Shown: positions 40,723 through 50,217 of the stretch, in pieces
How positions within the stretch are numbered: position 1 is the stretch's first letter
Layout: each line of letters opens with the position of its first letter
Assembly: GCA_021107435.1 (NCBI GenBank)
Contig: JAIOSV010000089.1
Location: forward strand, 111,347 to 175,346
DNA from: Candidatus Sabulitectum sp.
Lineage (GTDB): Bacteria; Fermentibacterota; Fermentibacteria; Fermentibacterales; JCC-6
Length of the DNA stretch: 64,000 nt
Direction of reading: 5' to 3'
The notes under the pieces: model-generated
Told to the model about the DNA's origin: nothing
Databases searched by the model: none
The model's input: the letters and a program-made list of their open reading frames with translations, nothing else
Position numbers and translations under genes: made by a program

Positions 40723-41498
40723 TGTCCGAAGAATTCTACAACGGATTCGCGGAGTACTACCATTTCCATCTGGCCGCTGTTGGACGTGATGACGTACGCT
40801 TTTTCACAGAGCTTTGCAGGTCAACTGGCGGAAAAGTTCTTGAGGTCGGCTGTGGAACCGGCAGAACGCTCATCCCCTGCGCAAAAGCAGGCGCGGATGT
40901 AACTGGACTGGACCTTTCCGGGGACATGCTGTCCTTCTGCAGAAAGGCTGTCAATCAGGAGAGCAGGAATGTCAACAGCAGAGTTGAACTTGTAAAAGCA
41001 GATATGACAAGCTTTGATCTGGGACGGAAGTTTCAGCTGATCACCACACCTTTCCGCTCTTTCCAGCATCTGGCGACTGTAGAAGAACAACTGGCAGCTC
41101 TTTCCTGCATCCGCAGTCATTCAGCTTCCGGAGGAACTTTTGTTCTGGATATATTCGATCCTGATCTGGAAATCCTCACTGATACTAATCGGGCACAGGA
41201 ATTCGGAGAAGAACCGCCGTTCATTCTGAGAGATGGCAGAGAAGTCACTGTCACATACAGAAACCCCTTGGTGAACCCTGTTATGCAGATCGTGCACTGC
41301 GAGATGATCTTCAGAGTAAAGCATTCTGACGGACGACATGAAAGACTGGTGCAGAAATTCACTATGCGCTTCACTTACCGCTGGGAAGCTGAGCATCTTC
41401 TCCACAGAGCAGGGTTCAGAGTTCGGTCTGTCCTTGGAGGGTACAACGGTGAACCTGTCGGTTCAGGAGAATTGATTTTCATTGCGGAAGCCAGATGA
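40722..41498 (+). CDS. class I SAM-dependent methyltransferase
   Basis: Motif I VLEVGCGTGRTLIPCAKAGADVTGLDLS. Translationally coupled to the GNAT gene. Confidence 0.8.
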   Translation: MSEEFYNGFAEYYHFHLAAVGRDDVRFFTELCRSTGGKVLEVGCGTGRTLIPCAKAGADVTGLDLSGDMLSFCRKAVNQESRNVNSRVELVKADMTSFDLGRKFQLITTPFRSFQHLATVEEQLAALSCIRSHSASGGTFVLDIFDPDLEILTDTNRAQEFGEEPPFILRDGREVTVTYRNPLVNPVMQIVHCEMIFRVKHSDGRHERLVQKFTMRFTYRWEAEHLLHRAGFRVRSVLGGYNGEPVGSGELIFIAEAR

Positions 41499-41500
41499 AT

Positions 41501-41887
41501 TCACACAACAGACAGTAAATCCTTCAAGGCCTCTCCACTGATCATCCTCAATTTTCTCCAGCTCCAATGGTCAGTTACGGTGTTTTCCACAAACTTATGC
41601 ACACGTACTTCAAAACCTTTACTTTCCCATTGTATTTCACACCCCTGAAGCAGCCTGTGAACAGCAGCTTTCCGACACAGTAAACAACCTGTTACCGGCA
41701 GATCATCCAATCTGAGCTTAACACGCTCCACATCAACAAGTTCAGGTACATTCCCCGGGTTACTATACTCTGCTTTATTCCTGTCTGTATACAGTCTCAG
41801 GCCATAGTGAATAATGGACTCCTTCCTGAGCTTCACTTTTCGCTGCGTAACAGACTGGATTAACAACGCTTTATCGCTTTCCCGCAA
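41501..41887 (-). CDS. hypothetical protein
   Basis: ORF only, with no recognisable motifs. Confidence 0.3.
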   Translation of the reverse strand: MRESDKALLIQSVTQRKVKLRKESIIHYGLRLYTDRNKAEYSNPGNVPELVDVERVKLRLDDLPVTGCLLCRKAAVHRLLQGCEIQWESKGFEVRVHKFVENTVTDHWSWRKLRMISGEALKDLLSVV

Positions 41888-42007
41888 GAGGTTTTCAACA
41901 AATGTCGTATTATCTAACTCAAATCCAATAAAAGAAACCAGCCGGGCAAACTCAGCGATTGAACTACTGCCGGAGAATAGCCCGTAGGGGCTGGGATCCT
42001 CCGCTGA

Positions 42008-43048
42008 TCACTTCAAATACTTTGCCAGAGTCGTGAAATCAAGATCAAGGTAAGGTTCAGCATTCTCGATCTTTTCCAGTCTGCCTTTCATGAATTGTCC
42101 ACACCATCCAGTCAGATTATTCACATCGAAGCTTCTATGAATGATGGCGTACAGGTCAATCTCTCTCATTCTCAGGAAAAGAGGAATCTCCTTAAGCCAG
42201 ACAAAATCCAGGCTGTTCTCTTTTGAGTATCCATGTAGAAATGATGGGAGGAACTCACCTGCCGTTCTCTCCGGATCTTCAACATTGGTTACCATATAAA
42301 AAAGAACTATAGCCAGATCGTTGATGAACCAGTTCCTGTTGCAATCGTCAAAGTCAAACAGATGTATGGTTCCCTTTTCATCAACAAGCATGTTCCCGCT
42401 ATGGGCATCAAAATGAATCAGCCCGAAGGAATCAATATCCAAGGGAAGGGATTCCAGTCGAGATAGTATTTCTTCGTATCTTTCTCTCGCAACAGGTTGA
42501 TCGTCAGGAAGGTTTATCAGGACATCATCGTTTATGTCCGGAGAACTCCACAAAGGCCTCTGGATACCCGGATCTGAAGGAGTGTACTGCTTTGCGAGCC
42601 TGTGCATCTGTCCCATTAAAGTACCGTAGTCGGTGAAAAGCTCTGGAGTCCATCCAAACGCCCGGGGAGGCTTTCCCTTTACTTCATTGAAAGCAGTGGC
42701 AAGAAAATAGTCACCATGTCCGTCTGCAATACCCTCGACAAGATCCCCCCTGAAAGACAACACCGCGTCTGCCACTGAAACCCCATTTGACGCAAGATAC
42801 CTTATCCACTCAACCTCAGCTTGAATAAGCTTTTCGGATCTGCGGAGACTGTGAGCTATCCTCAGAACATATCCTGCGTTATTCAGACTGTACCTGAACA
42901 TGTAACTCTCAAATCCACCCAGTTTCTCCAGCCTGTCCCTGCTGATTCCATACCTTACAGCAACCTCTTCGATGATGTGTTCACAAAATCTGTCTGTGAT
43001 TCTCTTTTCCAAAGCTTCCTCCCGAATGGGTTGTGCTGATGTATACAC
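42008..43048 (-). CDS. phosphotransferase enzyme family protein (APH/ChoK-like kinase fold)
   Basis: Brenner motif HFDAHSGNMLV and D-F-D (IHLFDFDDC) of the aminoglycoside/homoserine kinase-like family. Confidence 0.7.
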   Translation of the reverse strand: MYTSAQPIREEALEKRITDRFCEHIIEEVAVRYGISRDRLEKLGGFESYMFRYSLNNAGYVLRIAHSLRRSEKLIQAEVEWIRYLASNGVSVADAVLSFRGDLVEGIADGHGDYFLATAFNEVKGKPPRAFGWTPELFTDYGTLMGQMHRLAKQYTPSDPGIQRPLWSSPDINDDVLINLPDDQPVARERYEEILSRLESLPLDIDSFGLIHFDAHSGNMLVDEKGTIHLFDFDDCNRNWFINDLAIVLFYMVTNVEDPERTAGEFLPSFLHGYSKENSLDFVWLKEIPLFLRMREIDLYAIIHRSFDVNNLTGWCGQFMKGRLEKIENAEPYLDLDFTTLAKYLK

Positions 43049-43063
43049 ATTATACTAACTGCT

Positions 43064-44041
43064 ATGATTAATCGAATAACTCAATGGTTCTGGGCACTCC
43101 TCCGAAAAACAGGGGGAGTCTGTCTGGATCTCTTCAGGGTAATGATACCTGCTCTGATTGCTGTAAAGATTCTGGAGATCACTGGTATCTTTGGCCCCAT
43201 CGCCGACGCCTTCGCCCCTGTAATGGAACTATGCGGACTCCCCGGTGAAGCAGGTCTTGCCTGGGTTACAGGAATGCTCTCCAACATGTACGGCGGTCTA
43301 ACCGTTACTGCAGGAATGATACATTCGCTTCATCTGAACTCAGCTCAAGTTACCACTCTTTGCTGCATGCTTCTGATTTCTCACTCACTTCCCGTGGAAA
43401 TCACAGTCGCAGCCCGTGCGGGGATCAAACCATGGTTTCTGATTCCCTTCAGACTTATCACCGGTCTTCTCTTCGGAATTATCCTGGGCAGACTGTTCTC
43501 TCTAACAGGCGCTCTGCAGGGAACTCCTGCTGTGCTTTGGAGCGCGGCAGAGCAGGGAGCGAGCCTGACTGAATGGCTCCTTGGAACCTTGAGAAGCATG
43601 GCAACCATCTTCTTTGTAATCCTCGCCGTACTGGGTATCATGGACATCCTTGAAAAAATCGGGGGCATGGATCTTCTCAAGCGAATTTTCAGACCTGTCT
43701 TCACTCCGATGGGAATCGGTGACGAGGCATCTACAATCACAGTTATCGGTCTGACTCTGGGACTTTCCTATGGCGGCGGAATGATCATCAGAGAAGCAGA
43801 AAGGGGAACAATCCCTCCAAGACAGATACTGGCTTCTGTGTCCTTCATGAGCATTTGCCATGCTGTTGTCGAGGATACAATGCTTGTGGCTTCTCTGGGA
43901 GTCTGGGTGGTGGCCGCTTTGCCGGGAAGAATTCTCTTTTCCTGGGTAGTAATGTTCCTGTTGCTGCTGGGATCCCGACATCTGCCCGACAGAATCATCG
44001 GTCGGATATGCAGTTCACAGGCAGAAATCGAGTCAGTTTGA
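43064..44041 (+). CDS. membrane protein with nucleoside-recognition (Gate) domain
   Basis: Polytopic membrane protein. GMLSNMYGGLTVTAG-type segments resemble SpmA/SpmB/FeoB-gate domains. Confidence 0.45.
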   Translation: MINRITQWFWALLRKTGGVCLDLFRVMIPALIAVKILEITGIFGPIADAFAPVMELCGLPGEAGLAWVTGMLSNMYGGLTVTAGMIHSLHLNSAQVTTLCCMLLISHSLPVEITVAARAGIKPWFLIPFRLITGLLFGIILGRLFSLTGALQGTPAVLWSAAEQGASLTEWLLGTLRSMATIFFVILAVLGIMDILEKIGGMDLLKRIFRPVFTPMGIGDEASTITVIGLTLGLSYGGGMIIREAERGTIPPRQILASVSFMSICHAVVEDTMLVASLGVWVVAALPGRILFSWVVMFLLLLGSRHLPDRIIGRICSSQAEIESV

Positions 44042-45397
44042 ACCAAGCTCCGACTCGTTCAGCATCTTCGACTGATTATCCCAGAGAGCTGAAAAACATT
44101 GATCCACTGTGGGATTTTCCGGTAGAATTCCGTCGGCAGTCATGTCCTCCAGCATCCTGAGGATAGTGCCGATCACTGGTCCTTCGAAACCCATTGCTTG
44201 AAGATTCTGGCCCATATCCGCTGGAAGTATCCTTCCCCGGATCTGCTCCGCAGACCGATTCCGCAATTCCCGAAGCGACTCTAAATATCTACTTATGTAT
44301 TCGGGATTGTGAGTTTTTATATCTGCCTCCGCAAGGAGAAACAGATTCTCAAGCTGGTCACCCACATCCCTGATAAGCCTTCTTACTGAACTGTTCTTCC
44401 ACTCTGACCGGTAAAGAACCGGACGCATGTGGTTTCTAACCAGCACACCCAGGGCTCTCTTGTCGGCCCTGGAGAAGCGAAGTCTCTCCGCTACGGAGTT
44501 GGCGATCTTCTCTCCCTGGACTTCATGACCGTGAAAGTGAGGTTCCCCTGCGTCGTCAATCTTCCGAACAAGACCTTTCGCGGAGTCATGCAATAAAGCT
44601 GCCCACCGAAGCAGTGTCACCGGAGGCACCTTTGCAACAACATCAAGGGTGTGATGCCACGCATCCCCGGTATGATACTTCCCCTGCTTCAGTCCGTCTA
44701 TCACAAACAAGTGTTCAAGCTCGGGAAGTACCTTCAGGAGAACACCATCATACTTCATCATCGAAAGAGCTTCAGCTGCTCTTTCTCCGTTTCCCACAAC
44801 AAGAAGACCGGTAATCTCCTTGTATTTACGCTCCGCTGAAATGGTTGCAAGCTCCGGCGAAAAATTTCTTGCTGAATGCCGAACCCGTTCCGCGATAGTG
44901 AAACCCAGTTTCGCGGCAAATCTGTAGGCTCTGAGAATACGTAAAGGGTCGTCCAGAAACGCTGAATCCGGATCGCCCGGCGTGTCTATCAGTTTGTTTT
45001 CGAGGTCTTTCATTCCTCCACACGGATCAATGAGTTCACCTTTTGAGTCAATGGCCATCGCATTAATGGTGAAATCCCTGCGCTTGAGATCTTTCTGGAT
45101 GGTTCCCCCGAATTCCACAGTCGGAAATCTTGAACCTCTGCGATAGATTTCAGAACTGCGAAAAGTTGTTATTTCAGCCTTCTCGTGGGTTTCAGGAGAG
45201 ATTACCGTAATAGTTCCGTAGCGAACACCAGTGGGAATAACCTTTATACCAGTTTCAGAAAGGAAATCAATAACATCTCCCGGGCTGGCATCGGTCGCGT
45301 AATCCATATCGCCGGAAGGAATCTCCAGCATTCTGTCACGCACCGCGCCTCCAACGAGGAAAAGACTGTGGCCTGCTTTCTCAAAGATATCAAACAT
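44033..45397 (-). CDS. cca: CCA tRNA nucleotidyltransferase / poly(A) polymerase family with HD domain
   Basis: N-terminus LFLVGGAVRDRMLEIPSGDMDYAT is the pol-beta NTase motif (GG...DxD). A C-terminal HD motif is present. Confidence 0.8.
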   Translation of the reverse strand: MFDIFEKAGHSLFLVGGAVRDRMLEIPSGDMDYATDASPGDVIDFLSETGIKVIPTGVRYGTITVISPETHEKAEITTFRSSEIYRRGSRFPTVEFGGTIQKDLKRRDFTINAMAIDSKGELIDPCGGMKDLENKLIDTPGDPDSAFLDDPLRILRAYRFAAKLGFTIAERVRHSARNFSPELATISAERKYKEITGLLVVGNGERAAEALSMMKYDGVLLKVLPELEHLFVIDGLKQGKYHTGDAWHHTLDVVAKVPPVTLLRWAALLHDSAKGLVRKIDDAGEPHFHGHEVQGEKIANSVAERLRFSRADKRALGVLVRNHMRPVLYRSEWKNSSVRRLIRDVGDQLENLFLLAEADIKTHNPEYISRYLESLRELRNRSAEQIRGRILPADMGQNLQAMGFEGPVIGTILRMLEDMTADGILPENPTVDQCFSALWDNQSKMLNESELGSN

Positions 45398-45497
45398 GCA
45401 GTAAATATAATCCAGAAGAAAGCTTCAGTGTATGGTTCGGAGTACTTCTGATTCTTCAGAAACCCGTACAGGCTGAATCTGCCCAGCATGCAGTTTC

Positions 45498-46667
45498 CTA
45501 TCTTTTGAATATTTTACGAAGGAATCTCTTAAAACTGCCGGGTTTCTTCCCGAAGGATTCTCCGGATTGCTCTCTGTACAGGTGAGAGAGTATTGAGGTG
45601 AAATCCACGTGAGCCTCAACCAGCTCCACGATGCTCCTTATCTTCTCTTCCTCATGGGGTTCCACCTTGAATATCTTCTGAGACAGTTTGCCAGCCGACT
45701 TTTCAAGGCCCTGTCCGGTTGCGTACAGGGGGATTCCCGTAATCCTGAGCGCCTCTGTTCTTCTGGAATCAGGTTCACCGCCGCAGACAATAACAGCTGC
45801 GGGTCCCTTCCCTCCGGATACTCGGGAGACCACCAGTGCATCAAGTATATCAGGTCGTGAGTGATCCACCAGCAGTGAATGCCGCGGGTTCTTCCCAACA
45901 ATACGCAGTACTTTTTCCGCAGACCCGAAGGCAGTTAAGTATCCTGCTGCAGAAGAGGCAGTACCGGTCTCCAGCGAAACCACCGGCTCTGCTCCAAGAG
46001 CTTTTTGTATCAATCCAAATGAAGGCCTTGCTATGCTGTCCTCGTAGGGAATATACCCGAATACTGCAATACCCCTTTCTCCAAACCATTTCCCCAGAAG
46101 AGTCTTCACCGATTCCATCTTGGAGGGAACAATCCTGTTTATAACAACGCCAAGCACTGGTACATCAAGATTGTGGAACATTGAAGCGCAAATACTGTAT
46201 CGATCTATTGTGGAGCCAATACCGCCATCCAAAACGAGTATAACCGGGGTCCCCAGTATCTTTGCAACCCTGGCATTGGACATATCGAACACACTCCCCA
46301 CTCCAGGGTGTCCTGTGCCCTCAACTACAACCATTCGACCCTTCCGGCTCAGTGATTTGTAAGCTCTGCGTATTCTGCCCGGCAGATCAGATGGTTCCCC
46401 CAGTTTAATGTAACGCGCAGCTGAGCCCGAAGAGGCAACAAACGGTGCCGAGTTGTCCAGTGAAAGTTCCATGTGTAGAGCTCTGTCTACAAACCAGGAA
46501 TCCTGCCCCACCTGTTCACCCTCTACAAGAGTAGTTTTCTGACCCAGAGGTTTTGTAAATGCCACCCCTTCCGGAAGGGATTTTCTGAACTCCTCAAGCA
46601 ACCCCAGGCACAGGGTTGTCTTCCCCGCGTCTTTTCCTGCTCCGGCAATGTAAATCCCTCTGCCCAT
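45498..46667 (-). CDS. BioD-like P-loop ATPase with DRTGG domain (phosphotransacetylase N-terminal-like)
   Basis: P-loop GRGIYIAGAGKDAGKTTLCLGL. A later VIVCGGEPDSRRTEALRITGIPLYATG segment resembles a DRTGG domain. Confidence 0.5.
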   Translation of the reverse strand: MGRGIYIAGAGKDAGKTTLCLGLLEEFRKSLPEGVAFTKPLGQKTTLVEGEQVGQDSWFVDRALHMELSLDNSAPFVASSGSAARYIKLGEPSDLPGRIRRAYKSLSRKGRMVVVEGTGHPGVGSVFDMSNARVAKILGTPVILVLDGGIGSTIDRYSICASMFHNLDVPVLGVVINRIVPSKMESVKTLLGKWFGERGIAVFGYIPYEDSIARPSFGLIQKALGAEPVVSLETGTASSAAGYLTAFGSAEKVLRIVGKNPRHSLLVDHSRPDILDALVVSRVSGGKGPAAVIVCGGEPDSRRTEALRITGIPLYATGQGLEKSAGKLSQKIFKVEPHEEEKIRSIVELVEAHVDFTSILSHLYREQSGESFGKKPGSFKRFLRKIFKR

Positions 46668-46740
46668 CTTTCTCCATTCCTGCTATTTCATGCAAGAGTT
46701 CCGCTGACTGTACAGGGACGAAAAATCCCCCCTGAATTCA

Positions 46741-49008
46741 TTACCTTATTAAAAGCAGGTTCTTCGATCTTGCAAAGCCGTTCTCCAATTTCAGCATACA
46801 GAAGTAGATGCCTGTACACGCACTTTCGCCGTGATTGTTTTTTCCGTCCCACAGTACTGAGTAATTTCCAGCATATTGATTCCCGCTAACCAGTGTTCTT
46901 ATCTCTCTACCCTGAATATCGTATATTTTCAGGGTTATTCCTGTATTGCTTTGCAATTGATATTCTATAATTGTTGATATGTTAAATGGATTAGGATAAT
47001 TCTGCGATAGAGCCATGCCAGCCGGGAGAAATACATCTTCTTCAGCTATCTGCACCAGGCCCGGATCCTGCAATATCAGGAATGAAGATTCTGTGGTAAC
47101 AAACAAATATTGATTAAGCATTGCTACACTGTAACAGCATCCCGGTATCGGGTATTCTTCCACTGCCGATGGTACTTCAGGATCCGATACATCTATCTTC
47201 AGCAAGTTGTAATCTGCGATATAGGCAATGCTGTCACAAACGCAAATACCGGTTGCACTTGTAACATCATCGTATGTGCTGATTATTACCGGACTGCTGA
47301 TATTTGTTATATCAATTATCTGCATACACTGACTGCATACAAGATACACCAGGTCGTCCTGCACTACTATATCCCTTGCGTAGTTGCATGCAGTTGTGAT
47401 AGAAGTTATCAGTTGAGGATTTGATGAGTTACTCACATCCACTATCCATAAAGTATTTTCACCATCTCCGGCGACAAAGGCATATCCATTACTGACACAT
47501 ACCCTGAGTGCGGAATTACCGAGTGCCAATGCACCCATCTCTACAGGGTTTAATGGATCCTGCAAGTCCAGTATTACCAGATCATCATCATCCAGAATGT
47601 AGACATAAGAAGTACCAGCAAATATATCTTTGGCAGAGTACCCGTACTCTCCTGCAAGTTGCGGAGAGTCGGGGTTACTGACATCGAGAGCAATAAGTGT
47701 GGAGGTTGAACTGATGTAATCCTGCATGTAAGCATAGTTGTATTTAACATCAAGGTTATTGGGCAATGCAAACAGACCCATTTCATATTCTCCCCTTGGA
47801 AGGGGATTTTCCGGATTGCTGATATCAATGATTTTCAATCCGCCCGGCACTAAACAGAACTCACCCATATCTGCGATGTACGCAATGTTCCCGTCAATAC
47901 TGACTTCCTGAAGCCAGTAAGGTCTTTCCAGGCTTCCTTCCAGATAAGTACTTGCAGGTTGCTGAATATTCAGTATTTCCAGAAAAGAACCCTCAGATGA
48001 AACCAGATAATCTCCGCTGAGAAAGACCGACCTTACATCATCCATCGTAGAAAATGTCTGGGCTATAAATGGAGCACTAATGTTGGAGATATCAATAACA
48101 TCCATATCGTCAGCGGCAACGAAGACGTAGTTGCCTGCTGCTTTAACACCATACGCAGGTCCGGATGTCTGAATATGCGATTTGAAAACTGGATTTGACG
48201 GAACAGTTACATCAACAATTTCAAGCCCGTTAGTATGGTCTGCTATTATGGCGTGTCCATTTGATATGATTACATCGTTCCCGTAACCGGAAGTTTGATA
48301 GTCTGAAACAAAAACTGGAATCTCGGGAACAGTTATGTCAAGAATCGTAAGCCCCTTGTTCCCCGTATCGGAAATGTACGCATAGTTGCCAACTGCATCT
48401 ATTCCCACGGCTCCCGGTATCGGGAAAAAGCCTACTGAATCGGGTACAGCGGGGTTGGTAACATCAAAAACTTTCATACCTGTTCCGTCAGCCACATAGA
48501 GAACAGCACCGCACAGAAAAAGAGAATGAGCTCTTTGTAAAGGATATGTTGATACGAGTTCCATACTGCTGATATCAATAGTTCGAAGACCGTCTTTGTC
48601 ACCAATATATGCATAATTACCATCAACTATAATATCATTTTTGCCTGTTATCCCTTTGTATCCGCAGGGAATATATAGCTCTGAAACAACTGCGGGATTT
48701 GAAACATCGGAGATGTCAATATGACAAAGACCATTATTGAAGGAGGCCCAGACATCCGTACCTGTGATGAATACATCAGTAACATGAGACCACATGCAGC
48801 TTCCTGCGTACTCAATGTTTTGTTCCCAGGTACACCGATTAATGTAAAAATCGTCACTAACCCAATTGTGTGGAAGAACATTATTCTGATTAGCTCTCAT
48901 AAGTAAAGCTTGAGAGAATGCAGGAATCGCGAAAAAAGTAACTATCAGGGGGAGCAGAATAAATGAATTTACTGCTTCCTTCCCGTGTGATTCTCCTCCA
49001 TTGAACAT
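46741..49008 (-). CDS. secreted LVIVD-repeat beta-propeller protein with T9SS type-A C-terminal sorting domain
   Basis: Signal peptide. Many ~45-aa repeats of the form D[IV]SNP..P..V..Y...G.A.GV.V.GNYAY[IV]AD. C-terminus NYPNPFNISTIIEYQLQSNTGITLKIYDIQGREIRTLVSGNQYAGNYSVLWDGKNNHGESACTGIYFCMLKLENGFARSKNLLLIR is a classical T9SS CTD. Confidence 0.75.
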   Translation of the reverse strand: MFNGGESHGKEAVNSFILLPLIVTFFAIPAFSQALLMRANQNNVLPHNWVSDDFYINRCTWEQNIEYAGSCMWSHVTDVFITGTDVWASFNNGLCHIDISDVSNPAVVSELYIPCGYKGITGKNDIIVDGNYAYIGDKDGLRTIDISSMELVSTYPLQRAHSLFLCGAVLYVADGTGMKVFDVTNPAVPDSVGFFPIPGAVGIDAVGNYAYISDTGNKGLTILDITVPEIPVFVSDYQTSGYGNDVIISNGHAIIADHTNGLEIVDVTVPSNPVFKSHIQTSGPAYGVKAAGNYVFVAADDMDVIDISNISAPFIAQTFSTMDDVRSVFLSGDYLVSSEGSFLEILNIQQPASTYLEGSLERPYWLQEVSIDGNIAYIADMGEFCLVPGGLKIIDISNPENPLPRGEYEMGLFALPNNLDVKYNYAYMQDYISSTSTLIALDVSNPDSPQLAGEYGYSAKDIFAGTSYVYILDDDDLVILDLQDPLNPVEMGALALGNSALRVCVSNGYAFVAGDGENTLWIVDVSNSSNPQLITSITTACNYARDIVVQDDLVYLVCSQCMQIIDITNISSPVIISTYDDVTSATGICVCDSIAYIADYNLLKIDVSDPEVPSAVEEYPIPGCCYSVAMLNQYLFVTTESSFLILQDPGLVQIAEEDVFLPAGMALSQNYPNPFNISTIIEYQLQSNTGITLKIYDIQGREIRTLVSGNQYAGNYSVLWDGKNNHGESACTGIYFCMLKLENGFARSKNLLLIR

Positions 49009-49274
49009 TATTTTCCCTTCGTCCGGAATACAACCATGAGCCAGTATGAATTTACCCGAACTTACAATACCGCTGTCAATGCCGTCCTGTCAACGCAACA
49101 CAAAGCTCTGAGGGCTGCTGCTTTGAAACTCCCCAAAATCACATAATAGAAGCTGTTTGGGAATTCGCGGGACGATTCCACTTTAAGGAGCACAGCTCCT
49201 GCGTTGACAAACCGGTGCACTCCGTAATAAGATATGAAATGTGTCCCACTGACAAATGAAAGGACAGATCCTTC

Positions 49275-49826
49275 ATGCCTTCAAAATTCTCATTCATACT
49301 CATTCTGGCAATTGGTGCAGGACTTCTTTTTATTGCTGCTTACTTCATGAGTGATGCCTCAACAAGTAAAACCATCATACAGGAAAGCCGTCGGTTGGAA
49401 TACGAACCTATAGAATACCTGCGTAATCAGGATCCCATTGAGTACACCAGCAGAAGGTGGGAAATAGATAACCGGTATGACGCTCAACTGAATATCATCA
49501 TCCTTCATAAGGAAGCAGGAGCCTGGGGCGCTGGAATCTTCGGGGTTCTTCTTATCATGCTTGGAACTATAGACTTCAGACTTTACCGCAGAAGATGTTC
49601 TCAACGTCAGAAGGGCATTCTCGCCAAACTGGTAGAGCAACACATAGATGCTCTTCTAGCAAAACGGGATGATGTGTTCAACGCGGGAAACGCAGAAAAG
49701 TGGACTTTCGAGAAATCAATATTCATCGAGAATGTATTCAGCAAAGAGAATACCGGCAGACTTCTGTTCAACAAAGAAGAGATATCCACAATGATAGATC
49801 AGATCATAGATGGAACTCTGGAATAG
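49275..49826 (+). CDS. hypothetical membrane protein (2 TM)
   Basis: TM helices at residues ~5-25 and ~82-100. No known motifs. Confidence 0.4.
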   Translation: MPSKFSFILILAIGAGLLFIAAYFMSDASTSKTIIQESRRLEYEPIEYLRNQDPIEYTSRRWEIDNRYDAQLNIIILHKEAGAWGAGIFGVLLIMLGTIDFRLYRRRCSQRQKGILAKLVEQHIDALLAKRDDVFNAGNAEKWTFEKSIFIENVFSKENTGRLLFNKEEISTMIDQIIDGTLE

Positions 49827-49969
49827 AAAAAATCTTCAGCTCCAAACGGTCTAACTTTCTGGTTCCTCTCTGTATTTACATACCGATTCGCATTGTTCTT
49901 CAAGATGAGAGGTTGCTTCGGACGCAGAATTCGAATCCCGTTTGGGGTGCCAGGTAGAACAACTTCTAC

Positions 49970-49998
49970 AGTTCGATAAGCATACACTACGAGGTGCC
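49970..49998 (+). repeat. cassette-boundary-like direct repeat, copy A
   Basis: AGTTCGATAAGCATACACTACGAGGTGCC. Four near-identical copies lie downstream at B-E. Confidence 0.6.
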
Positions 49999-50217
49999 CG
50001 GGAATGATTCGTAATAGTCAACAATTGACATTCAGGGAAAACTGAGAATTGCAAAATCTAACTTAAGGGGTGTCTATTTTGTTGGGGGCCTTTCTTCACC
50101 AGTCTTGACTTCTATCAAAACAGAGAGAATATTACCATTGCGGTTGAGAGGGCTGCCATGGCGGTTCGTTGAACTTTTGTTCACTTGGCTGCATTTTTCT
50201 TTTTCTGGGGGGCATAA

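Noticed and set aside
49921-49960. tRNA or tmRNA 3' fragment (..GAATTCGAATCCC..GGGGTGCCA) as an island integration site
   Set aside because: I could not fold it into a T-arm plus acceptor. The resemblance to a TTCGAATCC T-loop is probably coincidental.
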